From the human T2T-CHM13v2.0 reference genome, Homo sapiens: a DNA stretch of 64,000 nucleotides. Where the stretch lies: the NCBI RefSeq assembly GCF_009914755.1, contig NC_060926.1; one strand, written 5' to 3'. Positions 43,242-58,487 of this stretch are shown here, piece by piece. Within the stretch, counting starts at the first letter, position 1. Each line of letters starts with the position of its first letter. A program made the position numbers and the translations under genes. The notes beneath the pieces were generated by a model. The model searched no databases. It was given only the letters and a program-made list of their open reading frames with translations, and was not told the DNA's origin.

Positions 43242-44269
43242 TTACACCATACTAATCTGGTTCACACACAAAGAAAGGTGCCTTCCTCACACCTGGAGGT
43301 ACGCTAGGTGCTACGTCATAAGTTACCCAAAAGAGAACTTGCAAAAAAAAAAAAAAAAAAAGGCCAGCAAAACACAAGACCTCCATATGGCAAATTATTA
43401 TGCAAAGTAACATAACATGCACTAATTTACCAACTCAAGGAAATGGTAACATTCTTCTTATATCCAAATTCTCTTAAATAACTCACTTGGGAATTGGGTC
43501 TGGGCCACAGAGAAAAGGATAATGGTGGAAGAAGAAAAGAAGAATAAGGAGAGAGGGGAAGGAAAAAGAATGGATAATATAATATTCTCAGGGAAGGAAA
43601 ACAATGAAAGATTTGAGGGAGAGACAAAATTCTGAAAGTGGTTTCCCAATACTGATTACAGAAAGCCCCCTCAGTGCCAAGACTGTGGCAGCCCCCTCAT
43701 AAAGTATTTCATTTGGTCCTCCCAGGAGGTATTATTTTACCTGTTTTACAAATAGGGACAATGAGGGTCAGAGATATCAAGCTCCATGTCTATTGTCACA
43801 TACTTAGTAGGTGGCAGAGCCGTGGTCTGGACCAACGCCAACTCTAAAATCACTGTTTATTTCATCACTATACATTGGCAGAAAAATATATGACACTAGG
43901 AAAAATATAGTTCCCTACTCCTTTTATACATATAAAAGTCATCAAATAAAAACAAAATATCATGTCCTCCTCACACACCACCCTCAAAAAAACCAGAAAG
44001 CTCTTCAATATTCAAGTTAAACTTCAGACTGTTCATGATTCCAATTCAACAGCGTGGCTTAGAGCAGGGGTAAATTCCAATGTTATTACCAATGTTTTTA
44101 GACACCTTTCAGCAACAAACCTAATGTTTCCTAACTTGTGTAGTGCAGACCTTATTCTGAGAGGCCTAATACTGTATTTCAGTCTTCTCTAGGTGAATTT
44201 TGTTCTTTATAAAAAGTATTTATTCTATAAATGACAACCTTCAAATAATCATTTTGAAACCATACTCAC

Positions 44270-44399
44270 CATTGCCATTGACCTGTCAATAGCAGTCTCA
44301 GGTCCAAAACCAGACACTCCAATATCCATGTTAAGATCTGCCCCTGATCTGAAGGTCACCCCATTCCCATTTTCAGAGGGCTTGACGAGACTGCTTAAG
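44270..44399 (-). CDS. LRP2: LRP2 exon 75
   Basis: LSSLVKPSENGNGVTFRSGADLNMDIGVSGFGPETAIDRSMAM; AG/GT flanks. Confidence 0.96.
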
Positions 44400-44943
44400 C
44401 TGGAAAGAAGTAACCAAAACAGTGTCTTGTTATTTAAAACAACAACAACAAAAACAACAAATACAACCTTTCACAATAGTACCCTCTCCTCCACATTGCC
44501 AAATCTTCCTCAAATGTAATGCTCAATTCCCACTCTAAATTTACACTGTCAAATATGGTAGTAAGTTCCCTTAGCTACCTGGAAACGTTAAAGCACATTC
44601 CTGAACCATGAGATCTAAAAGAAAAAGAGTCCAGCACATAGAAGGATAAAGCCTGGGCCATCACACAGCTGCCTTTTCACTCCTCTCTGACCTGAACACC
44701 TACCAGTAGGCACAACCATTTGGACTACAAAACACAGCTTGTCACTCAGGCTTTAGAGAAGCACTTGACTAAGAAGTTGGGATTTGAAGTGACTGCTTTA
44801 CATCCTCACTACTTTTTGTTTCTGTGGAATCGGTGAACTGCGTATTGTGCTTTTTTAACTTAGAAAGAAAACTAAGTCCTTCACATGGCTTCATATGAAT
44901 TTCTTAGGCTTCAAACATCAACGTTCCCCATAATGAAACTGAC

Positions 44944-45064
44944 CTTGGCAGCTTGGGCAGAGCAGGCAAAAGGGAGCCGGTCCTTCTATAGTGGAAGAAT
45001 CCTGCAATTGCCAGAGCTCCAATTACGACGATCAAGAGGATTGTCAACAGCACAGCTACTGCGG
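44944..45064 (-). CDS. LRP2: LRP2 exon 74 (transmembrane helix)
   Basis: AVAVLLTILLIVVIGALAIAGFFHYRRTGSLLPALPKLP; AG/GT flanks. Confidence 0.96.
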
Positions 45065-45227
45065 CTATAGAAGAAGATAGCAGAGAGCACATCAACACAT
45101 GGGAGCCCGCAATCCTGGCAGAAACTGGGGGCTAGAACCACTCCTTCAAAGACTGGGTTAAGTAGAAAAGCTGTGACAGCATTCAATGTAGGGGCCATGA
45201 GTAATTTCCAAGTTGCTCACATTCTTA

Positions 45228-45335
<108 letters not shown>

Positions 45336-45849
45336 TTATGTTCTTAGGCTTCTACTGCATTTTTCTGAGCACATCCTGAAGTAGAGAGAGCTTTGACTGC
45401 ATAAATTACATGTTGAACAGACAATGTATCCTGCATGACTTTTGTTCATTCTGCCAAGAGAAGACAAGCAGAAAGAACAGTGCTCTGATTTTAGAAATGC
45501 ACTTGTAATGGAGTAGCTGTGGCACTGAGGGGGTGAGTCTGGCCACGAAAACCTATTGGTGTCTAATCTATGCAATGCTTCCTTAGAGAGTACAAATGGA
45601 AACCATGGTTATGTTTCTTTCTTTTATATGCTTTCATTAAATGCTTTTTAAAGACATCCATTTATCTTGCTCCATGTTAGAGTTTTCGCAACACAGTCAT
45701 CTTCTTTCCGAATCCATCCCAGTCTTTCTGCTCATCACCAGTGCCTTGTACTAAAGCAGCCCTGCAGACAGCTCTTCTCCCACAGCCCTGTTGTAATCAA
45801 CAATACCAGGTGAGTAGGAAAATGCTGCTGCCAATTTTCTAACTCCTTG

Positions 45850-45985
45850 CTCCCCAAAGTGTGGTCCAAGACCCTGTGGCCTACCTAGAGCTTGTTAGAA
45901 ATGCAGAATCTCTGTGCGTGAGAATGGGCACTTGAACCAGATCTCCACGGGATTCTTATGCACATTCTAGTTAAAGAAGCACTGC
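45850..45985. mobile_element. MER5A-like remnant
   Basis: ccaaagtgtggtcc...gagcttgttagaaatgcagaatctc. Confidence 0.6.
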
Positions 45986-46146
45986 CTCAGTTCTCTGTAG
46001 ACTCCCTCAAGGGAAGGCAAGCTGGTTAAAATGTAAGAATTAGTGAACTGGTGAGGTTCCTGTATTTGTTTTCCTGGCTACTTTAAGGTCTCAAATTTCC
46101 CCAGAAGAGGCAAGGCCTATAGCTGGGACCTCAACATTCAGACTTA

Positions 46147-46269
<123 letters not shown>

Positions 46270-46899
46270 TCAGCTGTACTCAGCAGAGTGCCCACACCAT
46301 GCAAACCGGCCCAGGTTAGGGGTGGGAGGAGGGGCAGGCCAGCCAATTAGTCTCCCTGTCAAAGCTTACCTTCCCCCTAAGTCCAGTGAGTTTCCTTAAG
46401 GTCTTGGAGAGTAACATACATTTAGTGGAAAGAAAGGGGGCAGTTTATAGAATTTTTCCCAAAAAACAATGGAGAGGTACTAGACTCTGGAGCACATATA
46501 TTAATAGTTACAAGAACCTAGTGGTAAAATAATCTCTTAAAATATTCACATTCTCATTTGAAGTTTTCAGAATTCTCCTCCATGAACCCAGTTAAAATCA
46601 AGAGTTTAATGTAGGCCCACCTTGAAACTTCAACTAAAGACACCAAAGCATCAGTAATTGATCAGTCCACAGGCAGTCACATAGCTACAGATATAGAGAT
46701 ATTTGATAGGCAGTTAGCTAGAGAGCTCCTGAGTTTTCAAGTCCTCCCAAACTGCCCTTACTCCAAGTCCCTGCTCCCAGCTAGGCCTGTACATACTCCC
46801 AGGGTGTGCCTGATGGGGAATTAGTGCTTCAGTGTCTTTTATATTGAAGATGCTTAATAAGTATAGGTTACATGTGTATATTATTTAAAGAGTCTAGAT

Positions 46900-47200
46900 A
46901 CCCTCCTGGCTCAGTCCTTCAATCTGAGTCTCCACTCAATGTTCACTGTATCAGACAGGTCTTCCCTGAACACTATCTAAAGGACAATCCCCACTCACCC
47001 CATCCTCATCCCTCTTCCTCTGCCTTCATTTTCTCCATAGTACCACCTGAACTACCATATATTTATTGACTTCTCTATTTATTGTCCTCTTAGAATGTAA
47101 ACTCAATACACACAGGGGGTTTTGTCTGTTTTGTTCACCTCTGTTACCTCCAGCACTTAGAACAGTGCCTGGCACATAGCTGGCACTCAAGAAATCTCAC
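46900..47200 (+). mobile_element. L2 3' end remnant
   Basis: tagaatgtaaactc...ttttgtctgttttgttcacc...tagaacagtgcctggcacatag. Confidence 0.7.
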
Positions 47201-47641
47201 TGGACTAATTGCTTAATTATTATACCAAACCGAGGCCCTATATGGAATGACTGCCATCATTCGTGTGCTTACTTCGGTTAAAGTTCTTTAAAACAAGAAT
47301 CTTAATAAAATCCACTTGGCAAAAAGTTTAAATGAGAAAAGTAGTAGATGAGGTGACAACCAGGACCACACTGCTCCCACGATGTGAAATTGCAGTAAGT
47401 GGCAAAACAATCTATCCACAGCATGGAACAAATCTCAAAGCCTGAAATTGTCATTTTGTTCCAAATATGGCTCGAAATATTGGATTCCTACCAATATTTC
47501 CCCAGTAGCGTTGGGATGAGTGCAAGAGTAGGGGAAGAGGGGTGACAAGAAGCAGTTTTTTCTCCCTGGATTCATTCCCTAAACCTGCCAACTCCTCAGC
47601 CTGTTTGGAATGAGTCAAAGGGTGGTTCCTGGTCTAACTGC

Positions 47642-47660
47642 CTGCTCCCCCTGGTGGTAG
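47642..47660 (-). promoter_or_regulatory. CTCF-binding motif
   Basis: Minus strand CTACCACCAGGGGGAGCAG. Confidence 0.7.
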
Positions 47661-48244
47661 AAGGTGGTTAAGCGTTTTCCTTTCCCCATCAGCTAAAACT
47701 GGGGGAAGGCCCCAAGGATGTGAGCCATAAAATGGGCCGCTAGTGAATTGCAGGACGACTTTTTCACAGGCTTTTCCAGCACCGGATGCTAGTTAGGGAC
47801 ACTAGTTATTCGCCCCCATCCGGCTTATTAACTCCTTAAAAGAGTCATTGAAAAAAAGTCTTGCCAAGAATAGATCACCCACAGCGTTTGGGACTAGAAT
47901 TAAACCACAGCTTCCTCATGCTGGTCTTCGTCTCCTGATAATATAAAGCACTTTTCAAAAGGTAGCCCTTTTTCAGTTGTCAAAACTGAACATGGTTCTC
48001 TACCCTGAGGAGCTACAATTAAGGTTGAGTGGATTCTGGGGCAATGGGAATCCAGCTTGAGGTAGAGGTCTTATAAAAACTCACTCTTCAAAATGTCTTT
48101 ACAAAACAACACAGCAATAGATTTAGGGACACTGGATCTATATTTCTGCAGATCTTAGCAAATAATTCTCAGCAGTCACTGGAACACAGTTCTGTTTGCC
48201 CCCTAAGTCCCACTCAACTCTGTTCATACCTCCCACATCCCTTA

Positions 48245-48733
<489 letters not shown>

Positions 48734-49053
48734 TTATCTTCTCTGCTGCCCTGAGAGGTTTGGAAGGTGGGTATCTGGTTCACTGCCTAACCTCAAAATC
48801 TACTCAGTGCTAAACAACTTGAGATGGTTCAAAAGACCAGTGAGATCCACATATTGTACCAAGATTTGTCACTACCCAAAACTGGACAGATCATAACGTA
48901 TGGTCTATCCAAAGTATACTGGATGTGATTTCCACCCCAACCCTCCAAGGAGACATTTCTTCTGGGTTTCAGTTACCTTAATTGCAAGAAAAGGGAATTT
49001 AGAGCAATGGTTCCTCATAATCACCTGGGAGCTATTCAAAACTATTGATGCCA

Positions 49054-49366
49054 GGCCAGGCGCGGTGGCTCACACCTGTAATCCCAGCACTTTGGGAGGC
49101 CGCTTTGGGCGGATCACGAGGTCAGGAGATCGAGACCATCCTGGCTAACACAGTGAAACCTCGTCTCTACTAAAAATACAAAAAAAAAATTAGCTGGGCG
49201 TGGTGGCGGGCACCTGTAGTCCCAGGTACTCAGGAGGCTGAGGCAGGAGAATGGTGTGAACCCAGGAGGCGGAGCTTGCAGTGAGCCGAGATTGCACCAC
49301 TGCACTCCAGCCAGGGCGACAGAGCAAGATTCCGTCTCAAAAACAAAAAACAAACAAACAAAAAAA
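49054..49366 (+). mobile_element. AluY inserted in a MER5-like element
   Basis: AluY diagnostics; TSD ctattgatgcc on both sides. Confidence 0.92.
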
Positions 49367-49670
49367 CCTATTGATGCCCATTCACAGAGATTCAGATTTG
49401 AATTGGTCTGGGGTAGAGTTCAAGTATTACCATTAAAAGCTCCCTAGGTAAGTCTAGAGCCTTATTAATTCTACCTTAGCATGTATTATGATTTATCCAA
49501 GGGTTGTACTGGAGTGGATAATCTTTACATTCCTTCTCAGACTAACATTCTGTGATCCTGATTGTCTGTCATTCAAGATGTAACCACAGACAAAGCATAG
49601 CTATAAATTAGTAACACATCTTCCAAAAGCCTCCATCAATATCTGTCTCATTACCATTTCGTCGGCCCTC

Positions 49671-50035
49671 CAGAGTGGAGATTTTCAAACTTGAATGTGC
49701 TATCAATCACCTGGGGAATCTTGCTAAAATGCAGATTCTGATTCAGAAGGTCTGGGGTGGGCCTGAGAGACTGCATTTCTAGCCAGCTCCCATAAGGATC
49801 CCAAGACTCCTGGCCCATGGCCCACACTCTGAGTAGCAAGGGACTGGAGCAGCGGTTCTCAAAATGTGGTCACTGAACCAGCAGCATCAACGTCACAGGA
49901 GAACTAGAAATGCAAATTCTTAGGCCACCTAAGGCATATTGCATCAGAAGTGCAACAGATGGGGCCCACGAATCTATATTTAACAAGCTCTCCAGATAAT
50001 TCTGAGGCATGCTCAACTTTCAGAACTCTTGGTTC
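49671..50035. mobile_element. Two adjacent MER5A/B-like elements
   Basis: aatcacctggggaatcttgctaaaatgcagattctgattcag... and gcggttctcaaaatgtggtc...tagaaatgcaaattct. Confidence 0.7.
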
Positions 50036-51346
50036 AAACAGGCTGGGCTGGGGCTGTACTCCCCATCCCCACCCCCACCCCCACCCCCACTCCACCAGCA
50101 CTTTCCAAAGGAGCCGCCTTCCCTGAGCATCAGCTATCGGAGATGCTTTTCCTTCAGGGGCAGCCTCCAGACTTTCCTCTGCCTTCTCCTCAGGGTCCAG
50201 AGGCGGTAGGGAGGGGAGATAGCCTTTCCAGGTGTACTGTGCCTTCCTCTCCTACCTTTAAAATTGCCAAGTGTGAGAGCCGCAAGGGCACTTAGGACAC
50301 AAAAGCTATTCTATTGGTAGGGTCTGGAGTATTCTGGAGTGTTTTGGTGATATACTTCCAAAACAAGGAAGCCATGCCCTAGAAAAGGCATTTGCCACCC
50401 CTGTCATCTCATGGGAGTCTCAGCTTTGAGTTGCAATTTTTCAAGGCTGATCAAGGTCTCAAAATATCAGCAGACTCAAGACAACCCCGGACTCCACCCA
50501 TGACTCACATATGGGGACAGGAAGGGAGTAACTTGTCAAAGGCCACATATCCATAGCATTCAACCTGGGACTTTGGCATACTGAACACTGGGCCAATACA
50601 GCAAGATGCTGAGTTTTGGGTTGGATAGAATTGAACCTAAAAATTATTTCATTTCTGAGATTAAAACTCACCCATTTGTTATGTGACTTAGGCACACAAG
50701 TTACTAAATCTGTCTCGGCCTCAGTTTCTTTATTTGAGATGAGAATAAAATGTCTTTATAAGGTTTGGGAGGTCTTTATAAGGTAATTGAAGTAATAGAT
50801 GGCTGAATTAACACTGAAGAGAGAATTTGACACAAGAACTTAGTAAAAGGCTATTTCCTTTCCTCACTTCCCTTTGCCTTTCATCTTGCTCCACACACTG
50901 CTGAAGGATAAATTAGCGCACAGGTAACCTGAGGAAGCAGGGCCCAGAAGTGGGAAAGTGAGACAGAGGGGAGCGGGTAGGAATGCACATGACTGGCCAT
51001 TTTAAACTAAGACCTACATATCTCAGGTTGACCTGACTAGCCTAGCCTTGCAATGGGAAGGATAAGATTTCTGATGCCTATGAAACCCATTTTGTGACTT
51101 GTTAACCCAACTCACACTTAGCAGGGGACTGATGTCTGCTGGATTCTGTGGCCTAGAAGTACATATCCATCACTCCAAACAATGATGAGGGCTAATATTT
51201 TTACTTACCTGCTGATGGTTTGCATAATTTCATTTGACCTCCAATTTTATCTTTCTTTGGTTAAAATGGTTAAAACGTTCCTCTCCCCCAGCAAACGTAC
51301 ATACACATATACCCCTTTCATGCACCAAGAGATTAGCTTGTTGTTA

Positions 51347-51616
<270 letters not shown>

Positions 51617-52425
51617 TTACCCACAGGGGAAAAACAAAACAGAAGGTTATTGAAAAGAAAATACCCACTACACCCTACTGCCACTTCTAGATCTGATGTC
51701 ATTCTGCTTGAATTATTCCCTCATACAATGCCTTGAAGCTCTGGGAATATTCAGGCTGACTTTAGCTACATGGGACTGTGAAAGTGTGCTGCATTAGGAG
51801 GTCAAGAAGATAGAAATTAAACCACATTGATGTATACCACCCGACACCAATCACAGGGCCCTAGCTCACTTTCAAGTTACTGATTTTACTGCATTTTTGG
51901 AAAACAATTTAAATGGCAAGATTTTATGTTTTCTTTTGAACATAAGACATCTATCTGACCAAATAGGAAAAATGTGATATGTGCTGGGTCATTGCAATTC
52001 TGCAGAGTCTGAACAACAACAACAAAAAATGTTCATCTCCTAGATATTTACAGTTGTGCATACTGGGCAATCTAGTAAAGTGAAAATGAATGTGTCCAGA
52101 AGCGGTTAGACATGAATTAACATTGGTACACATGAAACCACCTCTACTGGGGCAACCTAACAGGAAACTCAGTTATTTCAATATCTTCTGCTGAGAAGCA
52201 TTTTTTTTTAAAGTTGTGTAAAAAGGACGAAAAGGATTTAATTATTGCTAATGAACTCATCTGCATTTAATTCAGCAGGTGGGAGTTGGTGGGGGTGGAG
52301 GGGTGGTATCTAAAAAACTATATAAGCCATTTCCTAAGAGCAGGGCTCCTTCTTGAGAAAACAGGCAAAGACATTAGAAATATGTTAATTATTAATTTAA
52401 TATATTACTTTCTAACTAATTTCTA

Positions 52426-52743
<318 letters not shown>

Positions 52744-53042
52744 TTATCTCAGGGACCTGGGTGCTCAGTGACACCAGTTTTATATTTTACAGAAGATGGG
52801 GAGCAAAAATAGGGGCGCAAGAGCACATATGATTTATCCTTCTTGAAAACTGCACCTCCTTAATAGAAATTGGCCGAAGGATGGATATTCAGACCCTTTA
52901 AAATGCATTATGAAAGCTGTATTATGAAAGCTGTTCACTCTTCAAGAAATATTATTGAAGGCCTACTGTGTAAGAGGCACTGTTCTGTGTTTGGGATCTA
53001 TCAGAGAACAAAACATACAAAGATTTCTATCTTCATGGAGCT

Positions 53043-53304
53043 ACTCTGTTGCCCAGGCTGGAATGCAGCGACATAATCATAGCTCACTACACTCCTGGGC
53101 TCAAGCGATCCTCTCATCTCAGCCTCCTGAGTAGCTAGGACTACAGGCATGTGCCACCATGCCTGGCTAGTTTTTTGTGTTTTTAGTAGAGACGTGGTTT
53201 GACCAGTGCTGCCCAGGCTGGTCTTGAACTCCTGGACTCAAGCAATCCCCCCACTTCAGCCTCCCAAAGTGTTGGGATTACAGGAGTGAGCCACCACACC
53301 CAGC
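53043..53304 (-). mobile_element. AluJ-like element
   Basis: Antisense Alu (ctctgttgcccaggctggaatgcag...gggattacaggagtgagccacc). Confidence 0.88.
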
Positions 53305-53879
53305 AACTCTTTTTAAATATGTCTTTTGCATCCAATTAATAATTAATTGTAGAGCAAGGGTCTATGTAAGCAAAGATGATCTCACATTGAATTACCTAGA
53401 CCAGGGATTGCATGATTTCAAATACCTGGAGAGGAACAGGTATGTAAGATGAATGAGGAGAGATCCCGGTTGTAAATATCAAGTGATGCGGAGAGCAAGA
53501 CCCTGTGTAAGAGCTCCTGTCAGTGCCCAGGAAGGCAGACCTACCCAGTGTAATCCGCTCCTCTGATTTCCAAAGCAAGAAATACAGGTTTTCTTTCTTT
53601 TCTTAAATTTTAAATGTCAGCACTATGTTAAAAAAAAAAAAATCTTAAAGCTCTGTGTTGTCCCAGCCAAATATGTCCTATGGGCCATATTTGGCCCACC
53701 AGCCGCTGCTTTGCAGCCTGTAGTCTAAACCAGTCATCAGGCATAGGCCAAGTTTTAAATTCTACTGACGAATGTGTGGATTTTAGACAAACTGGGCTCT
53801 GGAAAAAATGCAGCCAGGGGCCTTTAAAGTCTCAACAACTGGTAAATACCACCTTGTTTGGTTTTCATTAAAAAGGACA

Positions 53880-54180
53880 CACATGTGAAAGAAGCTAGTC
53901 ACAAAGAACCACATACTGTAGGATTCCACTTGTAGGAAATGTCCAGAATAGGCAAATCTATAGAGACAGAGAGCAGATTAGCAGGTACTGAGGGCAGGAA
54001 AATGGTGGCTCAGAGGAACAGGGTTTCTTTGTAGGGTGATGAAAATGCTTTAAAACCGATTATGATGATGGATACACAACTCTGCATATACCAAAAGCCA
54101 GTGAATTGTACACTTTAAATGGGTAAGTTGTATCATACCATACATACCATATGTGAATTATATAAGCTGTTTTCTTAAAG
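53880..54180 (+). mobile_element. Old L1 (L1MB/ME-type) 3'UTR fragment
   Basis: atgtccagaataggcaaatctatagagacaga...gggtgatgaaaatg...gaattgtacactttaaatggg. Confidence 0.75.
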
Positions 54181-54187
54181 ATAATAA

Positions 54188-54325
54188 GCCAGGCATGGTG
54201 GTGTGCAAGTAGAAGGCTGAGGCAGGGGACTGCTTGAGCCCAGGAGTTCAAGGCTGCAGTGAGCTATGATCATGCCACTGCACTCCAGTCTGGGTGACAG
54301 AGCAAGACCCTGTCTATATAAGTAA
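54188..54325 (+). mobile_element. Alu right-arm monomer (FRAM/AluJ-like) with an internal deletion
   Basis: gccaggcatggtggtgtgc...gaggcagg...ccactgcactccagtctgggtgacagagcaagaccctgtct. Confidence 0.8.
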
Positions 54326-55242
54326 ATTAATTAATTCAATTTAATTTAAATTAAAAAGTATTAAATACTCAAAACTAAAAAAAACAAAACGTAGGGAATG
54401 GAATGGAAAAAACACACAAAAGGTACACAGAATGATTTTTGTTTCCTCCATGACTTCGTTTATGCTATTGCCTGAGCTTCTGAACAGCCGGCCTGGCTCC
54501 TTTGCCTATCAGTACCCAAGACATCCATCTAGGTTCTATGTCAGTCCCACTTTCTCTGGGAAGTGGCCCTTCTCACTCTCACCCACATTGACCTCACATG
54601 TCACATACTTTATCACTGGTTATACTACCAGTGGATCCCAACCTTCAACATTCAGTTCAGTGCTACTTTCTCCATAGAGCTTCCCTGAACCCTTGTAAGG
54701 TAGGAGAACTATCACAGTGTTTTTCAGCAGTGTCCTCATGACAATTCTCCCTTTGTATCTTATATTATAGTCAACAGTTGCTGTCTGAAGGAGCATGGTG
54801 TTATTTTACCCATCTATGTAAATAAGGGATAGAAACCTATGACTAATTTATAGATCCTTTGTACAATTCAAATGAGTTTATATATGTAGGACACTTAGCA
54901 GAGTAGCTGGCACACAGCAAGAATAGAATAAATGTTGGCACTTCTCATTGCTGTTGCTGGTATTATCAGTAGTTATCATCTTCATCATCCTTTGGACCCA
55001 CTGGCAGATCTTATACCGCAGAAGCTGTAAGAAGGTTCAACACATCATATATGCTTATGCTTATAAAACTTATGGATGATGAGCCTTTCAAATGGATCAT
55101 GAAATGAGGAGGTTGTAGGTCGGGTCTGCAGGCCTTAGGCAGTGAAACCCTTTCTCACTCCTTTCTTACTTCCTATCCCTCACAGGACTACACTGAGCCA
55201 TTCCAGAGAGAAAGGAATTACAAAGACTAAAATAAGAATTTC

Positions 55243-55577
<335 letters not shown>

Positions 55578-56585
55578 TCAGAGTATGATAATAATATCAG
55601 ATGAATTTAAACATTAGTTACAGAGGAAAAAATTAAACGGCACACTGGAAACAGTCACATCATTCACACCATAGAACACACTGCATCTCTTTGCTCCTAA
55701 TATATTGTGTAGATAAGATATAAGCAGCAATGACTAATGCTGAGGACAAGTCCTCACTACAGGTTAATCTCATCAGTCAAGTATTTTTCATATTTCATTG
55801 CTGAGTTTCTGAGGGTATGATTTAACATATGAAATATAACAGAATTAAAGTAATAACAGCTCATAGGGTTCTACCTACAAATACTGGCATATCTACAGAG
55901 GGCTAGACTGGTCCTGCCCAAGTAGGAAAATTATTTGGGGTCATTCAAAAAACTTTTTTAAAGTGTCACTATTCTGAAGCTAAGCTAATATGTAAATACC
56001 AAGTCATTTCAGCTTAGTGATTATTCAAATAAATGTCTTGAAATGTAGAGAAAAATAACAAAACTTGTTCTCATTTACACTGAGATGATTTATAGATAAA
56101 TTGCAAATTGGAATATTTATACAAATGGATAATATATATTTATACATGTGTCATTTTAAATATTTATATATTTTGGATATAAATGTTTAATTTTTAAATG
56201 AAATATGACCAAATCCCTAGCTGGATTTCAATGAATGAGTTACTTTAAAACATCCAAATGAAAGGAAAAACAATTCTGTTGAAACCTTCACTTAAAACAG
56301 TTATATCCACAAAGAACTTTAGAGTTCAGAGCTCTGATTTGGCAAGGAATCCATGTAACTAGAAAGATTCTCAGATGTGTTCTAAAGGAATTTCCCCATC
56401 AGAAATGGTTGGTTCTATATGATCTCAAGGGCATGTTATAATTCTTGAAACAGTCATAGACGCTACTCCCAAAAACTTGAAGGACAATTTCAGTTAAACT
56501 AGGAAAAAAAAATTATAAGAAACATGGAATTTGATGAGAATCCAGGGAGAAATATCTAGATGTTGAAGACTTCTCCAAGTACTTA

Positions 56586-56735
<150 letters not shown>

Positions 56736-56973
56736 TTAAACAACTGCAAAGCCTAGAGTAATCATTACTGGGTAAGAGGTTTGAAGATGAGAGCATTTCG
56801 TTTGGCTGGTGAGACAGCTGCTCAGATACCTATCATCAGACCATAGTCCCCCTCTCTTGGGGGAACTACAGCCAAGGGGACATGTTTGGCAGGTTACACT
56901 TGGAAGAGTAAGGAATTGAGGGGACTCCTGCCCAACAGCCAAAGCACCTGAATCACGCAGGATCCACAATGGA

Positions 56974-58048
56974 ATTAACTCAATTCCAAAGACTAAACAG
57001 GAAAGTCAAATTTCCAATCTGTTTTAACTACAAGCCTGCTAAATACACAAGATGTGGATTGCTCGTCCCCAAGATAACTACCATAGACACAGCAGTCAGA
57101 CTGGCCTCTGACTGGCATTATTATGAGACATGGGCTTCTAGGTAGAAGTCATAAGGCACGGTGGGGCTGGTGCCTTAACTCTGACTGCCCATGAGTCTGT
57201 TTCCTCCTCAGGAAAGAGCCCCGTTAGAATCAATAGGAACCTGGTGTCAGCTCAAAGATGAGTGGAAACAGCCTTTTAAAATAACAAACTCGGCAAGACT
57301 GTCCTGCCTTATTTCCACTTCTGAGGCTGCAGGTCTCAGTCTCTTACAAGCAGAAAAAGTTCCACCACTTTCTTAATTCTCTTATTCATTAAGGCTGAGA
57401 CAGAGGTAAAACTTCAAACAAGAAGACAGATCTGCCATTCCCTGGTTGGTTTTCAGAAGAGAGTGTTAATGTCTGGAGTTTTGAGTTCCTGACTCTAGCA
57501 ACAGTACTCTAAGGCCCTGTTTCTTGACTGAAAATGCTAAAATGAGTCTCCTGTTAGCCTGCAGGCACAGCGGGACCCAATTAGCTTCTTCAAAGATGCT
57601 CTTCCAGGAACACCAGCCACATTTTTTAAAAGGTGAAAAAGAATTTACACTGAAAATAACTATCCATTCTCCAGGAGAGTAGTGTCTCCTGAACCTTCCC
57701 CCTCAAACATGTTTGCATTATTGGTTCATTTTCAAGGAATCATTTTCCCACCAATGTAAGTCAGTGCAAACCTCTTCCTTGAAGAATGAGCTTACTAACT
57801 TCTCCACATCCATTTGTACCTCACACACCTACCTGATGATAACCCTACTTAAGTTCTACTTAAAAACCATCCAAAATGTGTGGCTCTGGTCCCTGGGCCA
57901 CTAGAAGGTCTAGAAGAACAGAAGAGACTGACACCTCTATTAACTCAATTCCAAAGACTTCTTTAGTCAAATTTCCAATCTGTTTTAACTAGAAGCCTGC
58001 TAAAAACACAAGATGTGGATTGTTCGTCCCCAAGATAACTACCATAGA
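56974..58048. repeat. ~110-bp dispersed direct repeat (56974-57087 and 57939-58048)
   Basis: attaactcaattccaaagact...agtcaaatttccaatctgttttaacta(c/g)aagcctgctaaa(t/a)acacaagatgtggattg(c/t)tcgtccccaagataactaccataga occurs twice. Confidence 0.95.
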
Positions 58049-58487
58049 AAAAAAGTTTCATCTCAACTGCTTTGCTGGGAGAATTGTGAGGCTGTCCCAT
58101 TTCTTCACAAAATGAGCAGTGCTGCCATACTGAAAGTTAATTTTGGAATCCAGAACTCTGTTGGCAAGAATGCTATTCACTTATAGTAAATATAATATTC
58201 ACTATTATATCCTAGATATAATATCTATATCCAGATATTGACCTGGGTGCTTTCCCAATTTTTTTCATGGCCCACAAAGAATACAGGATATGATAATGTC
58301 TCCATGACATGCTGGGGTAAGTGGAGGTAGTTGCTGGGGCTTCAGCAAGCCCAACCACTGCCCAGCTGCACCCATGGCTGAGTGTACTCATATCCAGGCC
58401 CAGACTCACTCATGGCCCATGGAGTGCAGTAGAGAACTCTAACCAGGAAAACAGAACAGGTAAGGGGGGAATGTATGGCAAATTTAC

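Noticed and set aside
52384-52396. HNF1-like palindrome GTTAATTATTAAT near the exon 69 donor
   Set aside because: Lies in very AT-rich low-complexity sequence; a chance match is likely.
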